A stretch of 64,000 nucleotides of DNA from Pseudovirgaria hyperparasitica (lineage: Eukaryota): NCBI GenBank assembly GCA_010093815.1, contig ML996574.1, one strand, 5' to 3'. A program made the position numbers and the translations under genes. Below the pieces are notes generated by a model, which had not been told where the DNA came from, did not search any database, and saw nothing but the letters and a program-made list of their open reading frames with translations. Of the stretch, positions 50,078-61,691 are shown piece by piece (within the stretch, counting starts at the first letter, position 1; every line of letters begins with the position of its first letter).

Positions 50078-51092
50078 GTTTGAATAGTGTAGGGAGTTGT
50101 GCTGCAAGAGTGAGGGGAAAGGGACGAGGAACACACTGTATATAGGCGCGCTGCTCTCTGTTCCTTGTGACTCGAGCTTATTCAGAACATGCGCCGGAGA
50201 CGAAACAATGGTCCTGATGGACTGGCTTTGTGCCTGACAATGAAGTCAAGGCGAGTGAAAGGCATGCGTACGTTGTGCTGAGGACACCCAAAAATAAAGA
50301 GCCCCAGTGAATACAAAGCGAGGGGGTGACTTGAGATGCACACTCGTTCATGCATAACGAGAACAACGTCAAAGAAACATATGCGGTAGGCGGAGCAGAT
50401 GGTAGTCCTTTGATTGAGCACACAAGCAATGTGAAACGGGTTTTGTCCATACCCAGTGCGATCAGACTCATTTCTAGCAGATGGATTATCAATCGAATGT
50501 TCGTCTGATGTTAGGAAAGGAAAATAATATGATTGTAGTTGCGTGAACTTTTATTCATTCAAACTTCGTATAAACGATCCGTGCTCTTGCCTAATGTATA
50601 AAGTCTATGGCCTTGATGAGTCTTGCAGAAAGCGCTTTGATTGGGTATAGATGAAGGTTGAAAAGAGCAAGACTTAGACTAATCGGGGTACTGAAGTCGG
50701 AGCGTCGCAAGCAGTCACAGCTCATCGCAGCTTTGAGAGAAACACGATAGACAACCAGTGAATGGATGAGGTCTGCACGCAGATACCATTATCAAAAAGG
50801 AAAATGAATGAGAGAAGTAGAACATGGATAGGAATGAGCATGAAAGAAACAAAGCAAGCCTGCCATAATTCCATACATACCCACACACACTTGCGACTTC
50901 GTGCGCTGGTGAGTCTACAAATGCGTGCATGATCGTTGAGGTGATCTGGCCGGATCGTGTTTATACAATCAAGTGTCTATAGCTCCCTTCACGAGTATGG
51001 GAAAGAGATATAAATGTATATGTATGAGGGTGCAGGAGAGGCTGTGAAAGAGCAGGACGTTATTCCAGCCGCTCTATACCCGAAACAGACTA

Positions 51093-51135
51093 GTTGCCAA
51101 GAACACGCTCAGACGCGTCCGTTCGCGCAACGCGT
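51093..51135 (+). promoter_or_regulatory. Two MCB elements (ACGCGT) plus an RFX/X-box-like half site
   Basis: ACGCGT at 51113 and 51130, with CGCG between them; GTTGCC at 51093. About 200-245 bp upstream of the RNR-inhibitor gene. Confidence 0.65.
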
Positions 51136-51338
51136 CTTCATTTCTCTGCACCCCGAATGCCCCTAACACCCTCAACGTCAACGTCAACGTCAACCTCTCT
51201 ATCACTATACCCCACCTTTCCTCTGTTCTCTCTTCCTTTCATGTCATAAATCTCCACTCCATTCAGGTTGCCTTCTCTGTTTCTGCCATCGAAATTCTGC
51301 TTCCCATCTTGCTGCGAACGCTACTATTCGTCAACACA

Positions 51339-52187
51339 ATGCCTTCTTCGACGCCGTCCTCGCATCGACAAAAGCGAGCATTTCTTCCTTCGAATCAAAC
51401 TTCTCTCGACACGTTCTTCCGCAATGCCCCCTCATCAGAGTCATCGTCGCCTGGCCAGGTGGTATCCGACCGTGAAGGGCTCGCCCCAGCCCTCCCAGCC
51501 TCCATCCAGTCCAATCTTCTCACCGTTGGCATGAGAGTGCGCAAATCCGTCCCAGAAGGCTACAAAACACATAAGCTCGGCTTTCATGACGTCCGTTCGA
51601 CCGACGTAAGACTTCCAGATGCCCCAAGCACGGTCAGTGCCGCGCGACCTGCGGAATTACAGCCATATTGTGGCTTGCTCAACGTTGGTGGATACGGCCC
51701 GCAGGAGCGAACGTACAGCACATCGGGACTCGGCAGCGACTATATTCCCGTAGACGCAAGCGGAGTAAATTTGCAATCGGCCGACCCTCTTGACTTTCCG
51801 TTCTCCTCGCAAGAGTCCAATATATCATCAGCCAGTAATCTTTCCACGGATAGCATGCCGGCGCGCAACCCAATCCTCCAGCCCTCTTTCTCAAATGCGA
51901 ACGCAAACATGAACACCACGAAGCGCTCGTCAAAACGCGCGTTGCAAGTAGATGACGACGAGGATCTCGGACTACCCTTCCCTCAGCCGCAAACACACTC
52001 GTCACGAGCATTTGCACGGCCCAAACTAGGTCGCCGTCGCAGCCCGCGACTCGCGCAGCAACAATCAACGCTACACAGTTTCAATTTCACACCACCACCC
52101 AACGATGGGGTCGACTTTGAGGAAGCGACCTTTTTCAAGGCCGATGACTGGAAGGATAACGACATGGACACCGAGAACGACATTTGA
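51339..52187 (+). CDS. Ribonucleotide reductase inhibitor family protein (Spd1/Dif1/Sml1-like)
   Basis: Hug-domain motif IQSNLLTVGMRVRKSVPEGYKT; C-terminal DFEEATFF; N-terminal PIP-box-like QTSLDTFF; otherwise disordered. Confidence 0.85.
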   Translation: MPSSTPSSHRQKRAFLPSNQTSLDTFFRNAPSSESSSPGQVVSDREGLAPALPASIQSNLLTVGMRVRKSVPEGYKTHKLGFHDVRSTDVRLPDAPSTVSAARPAELQPYCGLLNVGGYGPQERTYSTSGLGSDYIPVDASGVNLQSADPLDFPFSSQESNISSASNLSTDSMPARNPILQPSFSNANANMNTTKRSSKRALQVDDDEDLGLPFPQPQTHSSRAFARPKLGRRRSPRLAQQQSTLHSFNFTPPPNDGVDFEEATFFKADDWKDNDMDTENDI

Positions 52188-52979
52188 TCCTTGTTCGAAT
52201 CACTCTGTTTTATTAGCAGCGCTTTGATTATATCACAACACACTCATTGAATACATCTTGTACAGCACAAAACTGTGCGCCAGCCAGCATATCTCGCATT
52301 AGAAAAACGAAGCCTCATCGTCGGCATGAACTGCTTTCTCCGTTCTGCGCAAGGCCTAGATCTGAAGTATTTATATCATGACAGACCCATGACCGGGCTA
52401 TCAGCAGTACTGTACATGCTGAATACATGCATATCATTGCCACACAACCGGCATCCTATTTCTGCTCTTACACCAGAACGCCATCAATCGCGGCTACCAC
52501 ACCACTGAAATGTGAATATCGGCTTTCCCGAGCGTTTCTCAACCTCGCAAGGGTAAACGCGCTCGACAGGCACGTCGCAAAATCTATTTGCCATGCGTAG
52601 TGCATGGAATGACTGCAGTGCTATTGAACCAACATAGGAATAAGTACATAGCATTGTATAGACGAAAACAGCCTTCGTACTTTCAGTCACCATAGATCGG
52701 GAGATCGACCTGACCTTGTCATGGTCACAGTTACGAAGAGAGTTTCGTCTCAGACAACTGGCCTTTTACCAGGTATGCAGACAATACTCTACCTTTTCTC
52801 CCCACGGCATGAATTCAAACATGTAGTGTACACGAGGACAGCAACGAATCAGTTACTATTCGAGAAATGACCAAAATTTTTTTTCTTTTATTTATTTGTT
52901 ATATAATCGCTCCGACCCTACATGGGTATGTCCAGACTCCAAAACACCATCCTCCAGCGCTGTGCTCTGATCAGGTCGT

Positions 52980-53825
52980 CTATGCGATATCGACCTTCTT
53001 GATCTCGACATAGTCCTTATCCAACTTCGGCACATCAACTCTCAGGATCCCATCCTCGAGCTTCGCAGTAATCATATCCGCGTCCACAGGCGCCGGGTTC
53101 GCCCTGCTCCCCAATCGCACCTTCCTTTCAAACGCGCCAACACGCCTCTCATTCAAGGCCAGCGTCTTGACAAAGTCCTCGTCACCAGGCCGATGGATGA
53201 CGCCCGCGATGCTCAACTCGGACTTCTCGGCGTCCCAGCTGACGCCGACGTCTTCCTTCTTGGCGCCGGCAAGGGAGACGTGCACGACGAAGGAGGCCTC
53301 GGTGTCGAACACGTCGGCCTCGGGCTCGAAGTCTTCCTGCGCGGTGGCCTCACGCGTGTTGCCGTTTGTGTTCTCGTCGTCGGCCAAGCTGTTTAGCCAT
53401 GCGCCCAGGCCGCCCATGGGGAAGCCGCCGAATGGACCGCCGCGTCCTCCTCGTCCGCCGAAGCCGTGGCCCCGTCGGCCGTGGCAGCCACCGCGTGGGT
53501 GGGAGTGTGGGTGTGGGTGTGGGTGGTGAGGCAAGGGGCCGTGTTGGGGGGCGTCTGGAGGTGGTGGAATGCCTTCTGCGCCGCGAGGCGGTGGAGGAGG
53601 AGGAGGTGGTGGGATGTAGTCTGCGTTGCCGGGACCTGGGGGGGGAGGCGGGCCGTGGTGGAATGCGCGAGGACCGCCGAAGCCCCAGGCGAAAGGGTGT
53701 TGCTGTCCGCCTTCGTGACGGCCTCGTTGGGCATTGAAGAACGGGTGCTGCGAGCCTTGCTCTTCCATGTTGGCGATGAAGTCCCAGAACGGGGCAGTTT
53801 GGTTGAGGTATTGGATGGAGGGCAT
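52980..53825 (-). CDS. Small heat-shock protein (HSP20/alpha-crystallin) with P/H/G/R-rich N-terminus
   Basis: FEPEADVFDT..VHVSLAGAKKEDV..ERRVGAFERKVRL..AKLEDGILRVDVPK and the C-terminal VDI (IxI-like) motif. Confidence 0.92.
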   Translation of the reverse strand: MPSIQYLNQTAPFWDFIANMEEQGSQHPFFNAQRGRHEGGQQHPFAWGFGGPRAFHHGPPPPPGPGNADYIPPPPPPPPPRGAEGIPPPPDAPQHGPLPHHPHPHPHSHPRGGCHGRRGHGFGGRGGRGGPFGGFPMGGLGAWLNSLADDENTNGNTREATAQEDFEPEADVFDTEASFVVHVSLAGAKKEDVGVSWDAEKSELSIAGVIHRPGDEDFVKTLALNERRVGAFERKVRLGSRANPAPVDADMITAKLEDGILRVDVPKLDKDYVEIKKVDIA

Positions 53826-54109
53826 GTTTGTGTTGTTGTGATTCCGATGACTTGGTTGAGATAGATGTATGTAGGTGAGTGAGAGAAGTGATTGTTGATG
53901 ATGGACAAAGAACGAGATACACAAAGCAGAAGAAAGAGCAATATATATATATCCCTACCTAGATCCAGGCAGAATGGACGCGTACGCACACACACTCACA
54001 CACTCACACGGAGGCGACTTCAGAGACCAGTCACCATTCCAGCACCACAGCCAACCGCCCCTCGAGGCCCCGAGAAGCCTGTATTGTTAAGCGGGAAATA
54101 GTCGACCGC

Positions 54110-54134
54110 GGAACGTTCTACTGCATTCCTGAAA
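54110..54134. promoter_or_regulatory. Heat shock element (gapped nGAAn array) upstream of HSP20
   Basis: GAAcgTTCta-ctg-caTTCctGAA keeps exact 5-bp phasing. A TATA-like (AT)n lies at about 53941 and an STRE-like CCCCT at about 54058. Confidence 0.7.
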
Positions 54135-54838
54135 GAAAATCATGTTTTGTCTTTGGTGGTTGCTGACTGACATGGACGTCGACAGGCTTCTACGGTGCGT
54201 AAGCCTGGTGTTTACTTGTGGATTCGCCACATTGTGGCTTGATCGCGGGAGATAGAAGTGCCCGACGCCCCGACTGCCGATGCACTTTCGCATCCGAATC
54301 TGAAAAGTCGACTCTGCAGTAGATATGTGAGGTCTCTAGTCGGACCCGAATGTGGTCTTACTGTACGCGTTCTGCGATGAGTCAGATATGATGGATATAC
54401 CGAGACTACGCGTCTATCAGGATCTATTTTATGAATGCCATTCCGACTAGAAACGCCCGCATCAACTACTAGGCCGAATTCGGTTAGAGGAGCCCTACAA
54501 TGATCTAAGCTTAAAGTAGTAGTGTTGAATACCTATCTATCGCTCTGAGGTAGATAGAATTATCATAGAGCTAAGTCGATATTCCAAATTTTGCATAAAA
54601 CTTGGATCTCATATATACTTGATATAGACTAAACGTCTATTTAATGTACTATGTGTGGTCTACTGTAACTTTGTAGGGCACTAGCTAGCAGGTATAGCAT
54701 TCATACCTGTAGCTACGTCACAACGCCGTAGTGGGGCAGCAGGCGCTGGGTGCAGTGTAGGCTAGGTACTCACTCGCACGCAATCCTGGATTCAAGCATC
54801 AACAAACAACTTCACTCAGAATCTAAGCAGCCAGCGGA

Positions 54839-55402
54839 ATGTCTGACCGAATCCCCACCTCCACCTCCGTCGTCGAGTCAGCCGTCATTGACGCCCCGTT
54901 CAGCGATGTCTGGCACTTGATCAAGCTCCAGGACTTCTCAAAGTTCTGGTCTAGTCTCACCACCAGTGAATTCGTCAAGGGAGCTTCCCCGGAGACCGAC
55001 ATCGTCAAGTGGGCTTTCAAGGATGGAACCGAGCTGGAGGTCAAGCAGGAAGCACATTCTGTATGTATAGTGATGGGCTCGTCGAGCATATCGCTAACTG
55101 TGGATGTGTTAGTCCATCGACTACTACATCACCTACTCTGTCATCTCCTCGCAGCCTGCATTGACGTACTCGTCCGTCATCAGCACAATCAAGCTCTTTC
55201 CTGTCACTTCTGGAACGCACGAAGGTCAGACCTTTGTTCAATGGTCGGGAAACTTCTCTAGCGATGCCGATGCTGGTAAGTAACTCTGGATTATCCTGTA
55301 TGTTTACGTATCGCTGATCATGGCATAGGTGTGATCGAGGATGCAAAGTACAAGCGCCGCGAAGCTCTAGCCGATCTTGCCAAAGTTGTTTGCAAGAAGT
55401 AG
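54839..55402 (+). CDS. Bet v1-like / SRPBCC (polyketide cyclase-like) protein; 3 exons
   Basis: VVESAVIDAPFSDVWHLIK...| SIDYYITYSVISSQPALTYSSVISTI...TFVQWSGNFSSDADA | GVIEDAKYKRREALADL. Confidence 0.88.
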
Positions 55403-56888
55403 AGAACTACTGAACGAAGCACACCTCTTCACGATAAGATCGCATGGACGGATGTTGGAGAGTGGCTAGGGACTGGATTGAAAAGACATGAGTTACGACA
55501 ACGAGTAGCCTATCTGTAGAACGAAGGCGTCGAAAGCAATGAATATAAGAACATAAGGGCAATAGCATTACCATTAACAACACATTGACTAGCGCGACCA
55601 TTGACATAACCATCTTCCTTGACTATGGCCATAAATTGCAACACACGGAACAAACCGCTATCCGTGCCACATATGCTGACGATTCAAGATCATTTACAGT
55701 ATCATCGTGATGACCTAGGTTCGTTAACATCCTAGTCGCAAGAAACTTTACACACGTCTCAGACTTTGCTGTACCCCTGACCACACCAGGGGTATCGTTT
55801 ATTCGCCACGTTAGGTCCTGCCAGACCAAGACTATAACTACAAGCATTTTCTGCATTCCCCGGCATCACGTCAATTCTTCAGCCTCTTTGGAATTAGCGC
55901 AGATAGATCATCTAGTTTAATACGGCGATACAATTTCAAGTCAATGCCCCATGGTCAAGCCTTGCAAACACAAGAAGCTTGATTGACTTACGCGTCCCCA
56001 CTCTATACTACATACTGATCCGAACTTCAGGCCTACCGCGTGGCATACTTTTCAGTAAGCGTTCCAGTCTCAACGTGGGCTTCCTATATGAAAAATCATA
56101 TACTAGTATCATCACAGGTAGGCGTCAATGTAACGAGAGCAGGATCAGATTCTGGTAATTGCGAGGCGCCCGGCGCATGAACCAGAGCATCAATCCCAGA
56201 CTTACCCTAGTCCAAAGCAACACTTGATATCCGTTGCGAACTCAAAGACAACCGTGATGATCTGCGATAGTGTTGTTCAACATCAAGCTCTCGGACAGCT
56301 GCTGATGCTGGGTAGGTTCGAGCCAAAATTGAAGAAGTTCAATGCACATACTAGGATGACGGTGAATTTCTTCCCACGTTCGAGCATGGGTGAGGGGATC
56401 TACGATAGGAGTACCCGACAGTATATCCTTTGACCCTGTCTGTGTTCTCATCAACACCGTTCCAGTGGTACTCATGTTGCACCACATTTCTACATTCTGC
56501 TCCGATTCGACTTCATAAGCCACCACTTTATCTTCACCGGGCAAGATGCGAAGATCCCACAAGATTAAGTACTCTGGCCTTCTCCATGAAGCTATAGCTA
56601 GACTCCGAGATATATTCGCGCTGTCCGGCGTCGACCCTACTATCACTTGTAATAAACCTTTGGCACGGAACAATATACACCGATACAGCAAGTCCGGAAA
56701 CGCATTCCGTAACCAGTAGCTGTTATGTTGCATCACTCGTACACCGCGATGGCACACTCGACGAAGACAAGAGCAGACATCCAAGTATAAAAACAACAAC
56801 ATTTCGCGTCTTTCGAAATACCTCACTAGCAACCAAGTCCTACAATCTCCAGTCTTTCGCTATCTACGCTATCCATCTGTGATCGACC

Positions 56889-57514
56889 ATGGTCGCAATC
56901 AAGGCTCTGTTCCTAGCCTTCGCCGCCATTGGCGCCGTCGCTGCCATCCCCGTCGAAGTCAGTCGCACATACACTCGATAAGGTATACTAACTTCTCAGA
57001 CTGATTGCTTCACAGGCTGCTTCCCGCCTCCCTAAGCTTCCCCCAAACTTCCCAGTAAGGCATCTCGGCGCATGTATTCGCTCATGTCTAGTCTAATCCA
57101 CTATCCAGACCTTCACTCGCCCCCCACCACCACCTCCATCCGGCGTTCGTCCTGCACTCTCTCCGCATCTACATTACACAAAAGACTAACAGCACATACA
57201 CCAGACTCCTCCTCCCTTTCCCCCTCCTCCACGTCCCTCGGGTGTATGTCCCCCCCCTCTCTCTCTCTCCCCTTTCTCATGTCTTGTCTTGTCTTGTCTT
57301 GTCCCCTCTAGTCTCTCTCACTCAGTCCGTACCATATCGAGACTTTAACACTTTCTGCGAATAGACTCCCCCACCTAGACCCCCACCTCCTTCTGGCCTG
57401 GCCCGTCGTGCGCCCCCTCCCAGCTTCTCCAGACCACCGCCTCCTCCCCCGAGTGGGACACCTGGACCGAGGCCGCCGAGGCCTCAGCCTACTCCGACTG
57501 CGTCGTTTTTGTAG
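56889..57514 (+). CDS. Small secreted Pro/Arg-rich repeat peptide, 110 aa, 5 exons (56889-56957, 57016-57054, 57109-57144, 57205-57243, 57365-57514)
   Basis: TATAAAA at 56786; signal peptide MVAIKALFLAFAAIGAVAA|IP; four phase-0 GT-AG introns with branch-site-like motifs. The spliced frame is open to the TAG at 57514. Confidence 0.8.
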
Positions 57515-59823
57515 ATGGTTGTGGTGGGATTACTACTACGTCGGGGAATCTTGGATTGGGATGTTATGGTGAGATTTGGAGTGGTGGGTGGTGTATAGCA
57601 ACGATTGGGGGAGGATGGAGATTGGATTTTGAATCTAGGTTGGGAGAGGGTTTGGGGGATGTGTTGGGATTGCTGGTTGGGTGCTTTGTTGGGGGTAGTG
57701 TTTATCTTGAATATACAGTCGTTACTGCTGACTTTTTTGCGTTTCGGATGTGGTGGTGGTATGTGCTCGCGCGAGGGAACTCATTTGGATGTATTCACAG
57801 GTATTGCATTGCCCTATCATATGAGATATTTCACTAACAAAACGCGCGGACTAAGCCTTCACGTTGGCTAACACTGCTGTCCATCATCCCACTCCACCGC
57901 AATAGCAGTCCGTGTGGTAATTCACTACGTCGTCTGATTGTGATAATTGTGTTGTGTGTGTCTCATGTTAAGACCAGATTACGACGCACTTTTCCCCAAT
58001 GTGGGTGTAGGCCCTTGTTCGACTGTGAGACACTCCATGCTACTGGGACAAATCGCATTCAGGAACAGTGCATTTGAATTGACGAATCAGCGGTTTGTTG
58101 AGCGGATTAATTCAAGGAGCTGTCAGAATGCGACTGAGCGTGCTGTGGGTAGTGGTGTTCGAGGCGTTTGCATGGAAGGCAACGGATCTGAGAGTCGGGA
58201 GAGGGGTGGTCACACGAACCGTTCACCTCAGAGCGAGCCTTGCCGACGTTCCTGGACATGAGCTTGTTGTCAGTAAGTGAGTACGTCCTACCAGAGAGAT
58301 GCAGAAGTGGCATATATATAGCACGGGACTTTGTCGTGTACGCAGCAAACAGCAAACATCAATTGGGTTTCAGCCCTATGTGATTGTATTCAGCATTCTA
58401 TGGTGCAGCAGCATGTGCACAGATCCCAGAGATTCCGCACCTGATGATATCCGTCAGTCAAAAATGATCTGGTCAAAACAAACGAGCAAATCATATATAC
58501 AAAGGCGGAGATCAGAATGTGTAAGAAAAAGAACAACATATTTTGAAAAATTCTGTACTTTTGTATGATTTATCCTCATGTGGAATTGGTGTTATTCATG
58601 AAGGGAATGTGAGGGGGGAGGGGTTCGACTTACCATTTTCTTTGTTGAACGACAATGCCTTCAGCTGGAAAGGCAGAAAGGTGATCCTACAGTTTCTTGA
58701 GGGTGATTCGAGCGGTAAACTCGACAAGTTCATTCGCCACCTGTCAACGTAGCCAGTAAGGCCGCGCGTTTTGTCTGCGGCGTTCACGCCAGTCGACAAA
58801 ATTCTGCGGTGATCTAGTGGTGCAGAAAGGTACCAGCCGCGGCATGCGGATTAGTGCGAGTATCACAGTTCATAAAGGGTTGAATGGAGTGAAGATCTGG
58901 AGCTCATTGAGTGATGGAAGAATGTTTGGAGGTGCGAAAGGAATGGCATTTGGGTGGAAGAAATTTGACTGAGTCTTGGCGGCCCGTGCCAATTTGTTGC
59001 CTTGCCTCACTTGTACCTGCAGCCTTACGAGGCTCCTCTTGTGGCTTTCACTTCGTATCTCCCCAAGAACTTACCAAGCTTGACCTTGAAGTCCAAGAGT
59101 ATGCATCATACTACTTCTTGCCCTCTCAGCGCTACAATATGAAGCGAATATATTGTCAGAGAGGAATTCGGGAATTTCGAATCGACTTCCCACCGCGGTC
59201 GTTTCTCTTGCTTCTCTGGCGGTCGAGCCAGGCCCGGTCTGCTGGCAATATCGCCTTCAATATGCTAAGAAAAGAACACCTGTCTTAGGTTCGCTTGTCC
59301 TTCCGATCGCACTGCTATGCTATCTTTCACAAGTCTCTACTTGTAAGAGTCCTGTATTGCTATGTCCAAAGAGCTAGGAGAGCATTCAAACCACAATCTG
59401 CTCCTCGGATCAACGAAGTGCATACGTGTGTTTGAACATATCTTGCTTATCTGAGTCGTAACACGGTGGGGAGTCTATGCTATTGGCGAGAGCTTCTGCG
59501 GCCGATCAGCTCTATATCGACATCCGATGTTTCTGGATCTAGTTGCCTTGTATCACTACTGGCGCCAACTACCATTCACACGGCTTTTAAAGGATTCGGC
59601 ATGGCTCTCCCAAGACTGGCAACTGGGCCATCTGTTAATGTCATGTCGACATTTACCATACCCCAACGCCATTAAAGCCGCAGTGTATGCGAAGGTGACT
59701 GTCCTGAATGGGTAAGTCAGCAGATGTGCAGTGTCCGCTTCCCTTAAATGATCACTTCCTGCTGCTTGACTCCAGAAGGGTTCCGTCATGCACTAATCTT
59801 ACAACAATAAATCGAGATCAATC

Positions 59824-61691
59824 ATGTTCGACGGCACTGGTACGCCGGCGGGAGTTGAGCAAGCTGCTGTATGTGCTCTTCTGCCTCTTGCTTGGTTGAC
59901 CGTCATCGCCAGATTCTGCAGATTCTGGTATCGTGGAAAACACATCAAGTCGAGATCGATCGGCTGGGACGATTTCTTTATGCTTCTCACCTCGGTCTGT
60001 CATACCTCTTACGGTGTTGAGCACTGTAAACTGACTGAACTGAACAGCTTTTGTTCTCAATCTATTGCGCCTTCATGGTAGTCCTCATCGATCGTGGAGG
60101 ATTTCGGAAAAGGCCTCTTGCTGACACGCTCCCGCGGACTGCAATCGTACGTTTTTGTGGCTAATTGAGAGAACCATACTGACGGCCTCATAAGTATGTT
60201 GTATTATCTGAAGTATTCTATATTCTCACCACTATTTTCCTCAAGGTATGGCTGTATCTGACCCTCTGCGTAAACTACACTGACCAAAACTCGCCTCAAA
60301 GGTGTCCATAGGACTCTTCTTTCTGAGAGTTCTATTACGACCTTGGCAAAGATGGGCCTTCTACGTTGCTTTGAGCTTTGCCACTGCTGCTGGTACAACA
60401 TACGCTTTCCTAGCGACCTTCCAGTGTGGTTTGCCTACAAAACTTTTCCAGAACATCATTCACGACAAGTGTTTACCACGTTCGGTCAATCTCGGTTTCA
60501 GCTACATGTACTCGATCACAAATATCATCGCAGACCTGACCTTTGTCTTGATCCCTATATGGATGCTCAGAAACTCGCAGATGGGCCGGCGAGCGAAAAT
60601 CTCCGTGACATTTGTCATTAGTCTCGGGGCCACGTAAGTTACCACATCTATTAATGACAGGATCCCGACTAAAAGACAATTATCGCAGAAGTTCTGTTGC
60701 TAGTATGATTAGGCTTAAATTCATAAACGGTAGTGTTTTTGGGCCAGATTTCTTCCGTATGATACTTGAAACCCCACGTGAGGTACATTAGTTGACGCTC
60801 ATCCCAGAGAACGCAAGCAACCTCGCATTCTGGAGCACGATCGAACCAGGGATCGGCATTGTCGCAGGCTCACTTGCCACATTACGCCCACTCCTGAGAG
60901 CCGCTATCTCTCTGGCCTGTCACGGAATCTCAAACACCGTGTCTGGAAGTCGGAGCCAGTCCGGTCACAACAAGGGCTATTCACGTTATGGGAGCGAACA
61001 GCTTCGCATGTCAACCTTCAAACAGGCCCATGCTCCTGATGGATCTCAGCCTTTCGACGATAACGACAAAAGAAACTCATACACTGCCAATATCAGTGGT
61101 GGAAAGGCCGCACTGTCGCCGCCATTTCCTCCAAAGAATGCGATGTTCAGTTTTTCGTCGACCAAACAGCTCAAAAGATATAACAACCACTTTAATTCTA
61201 ACGACTCCACAGCCTCAAGTATCCACAGTCTGAGGGATTCCAAGGCACGCCACCACCGCCGGTATGTATCTCTCACCGACTCCAGCGACCGCGTAGGTTC
61301 AAAGTATTCTAAAATGATGCGCCCCGGCTATCGATCGTCGGTTGCCGTTCCCAAAACGAATCTGAGCTTACGACATCCGAGACACTATCCAAAGAGATAT
61401 GGGTCAAGCTCATCCGCTCGCGGGCCCAGCCCTGGAAATCTTCGAAGGCACCAGCAAGGGCGTCATCAGCGCTACCAGTCTGATTCAACTGCGGCGAGCA
61501 ACACGAGTTTAGATGGCTGGACCCATTCCATGTCCACGGTCAATAGTGATCGCTCAATAAGAAAGGTAGTGGAAGTAGCGATAACCCGAGAGATCAACAC
61601 TGAAGGCATCGGTCGTCATCGCGCAAACCGTTCACCAAGCGGCGAAACGAACGCCATCGGATCGAAAGGAGTCCACGAGTATATAGCTTGA
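59824..61691 (+). CDS. PTH11-like fungal rhodopsin-domain (GPCR-like) integral membrane protein without CFEM; multi-exon
   Basis: ARFCRFW..IGWDDFFM, LKVSIGLFFLR, FQC.P...C, NIIADLTFVLIPIWML, WSTIEPGIGIVAGSLATLRPL, followed by a long Ser/Arg-rich cytoplasmic tail. Confidence 0.88.

Noticed and set aside
56242..56832. 196-aa - strand ORF
   Set aside because: No recognisable motif, non-ATG start, and it overlaps the TATA region of the peptide gene; at most a decayed gene.
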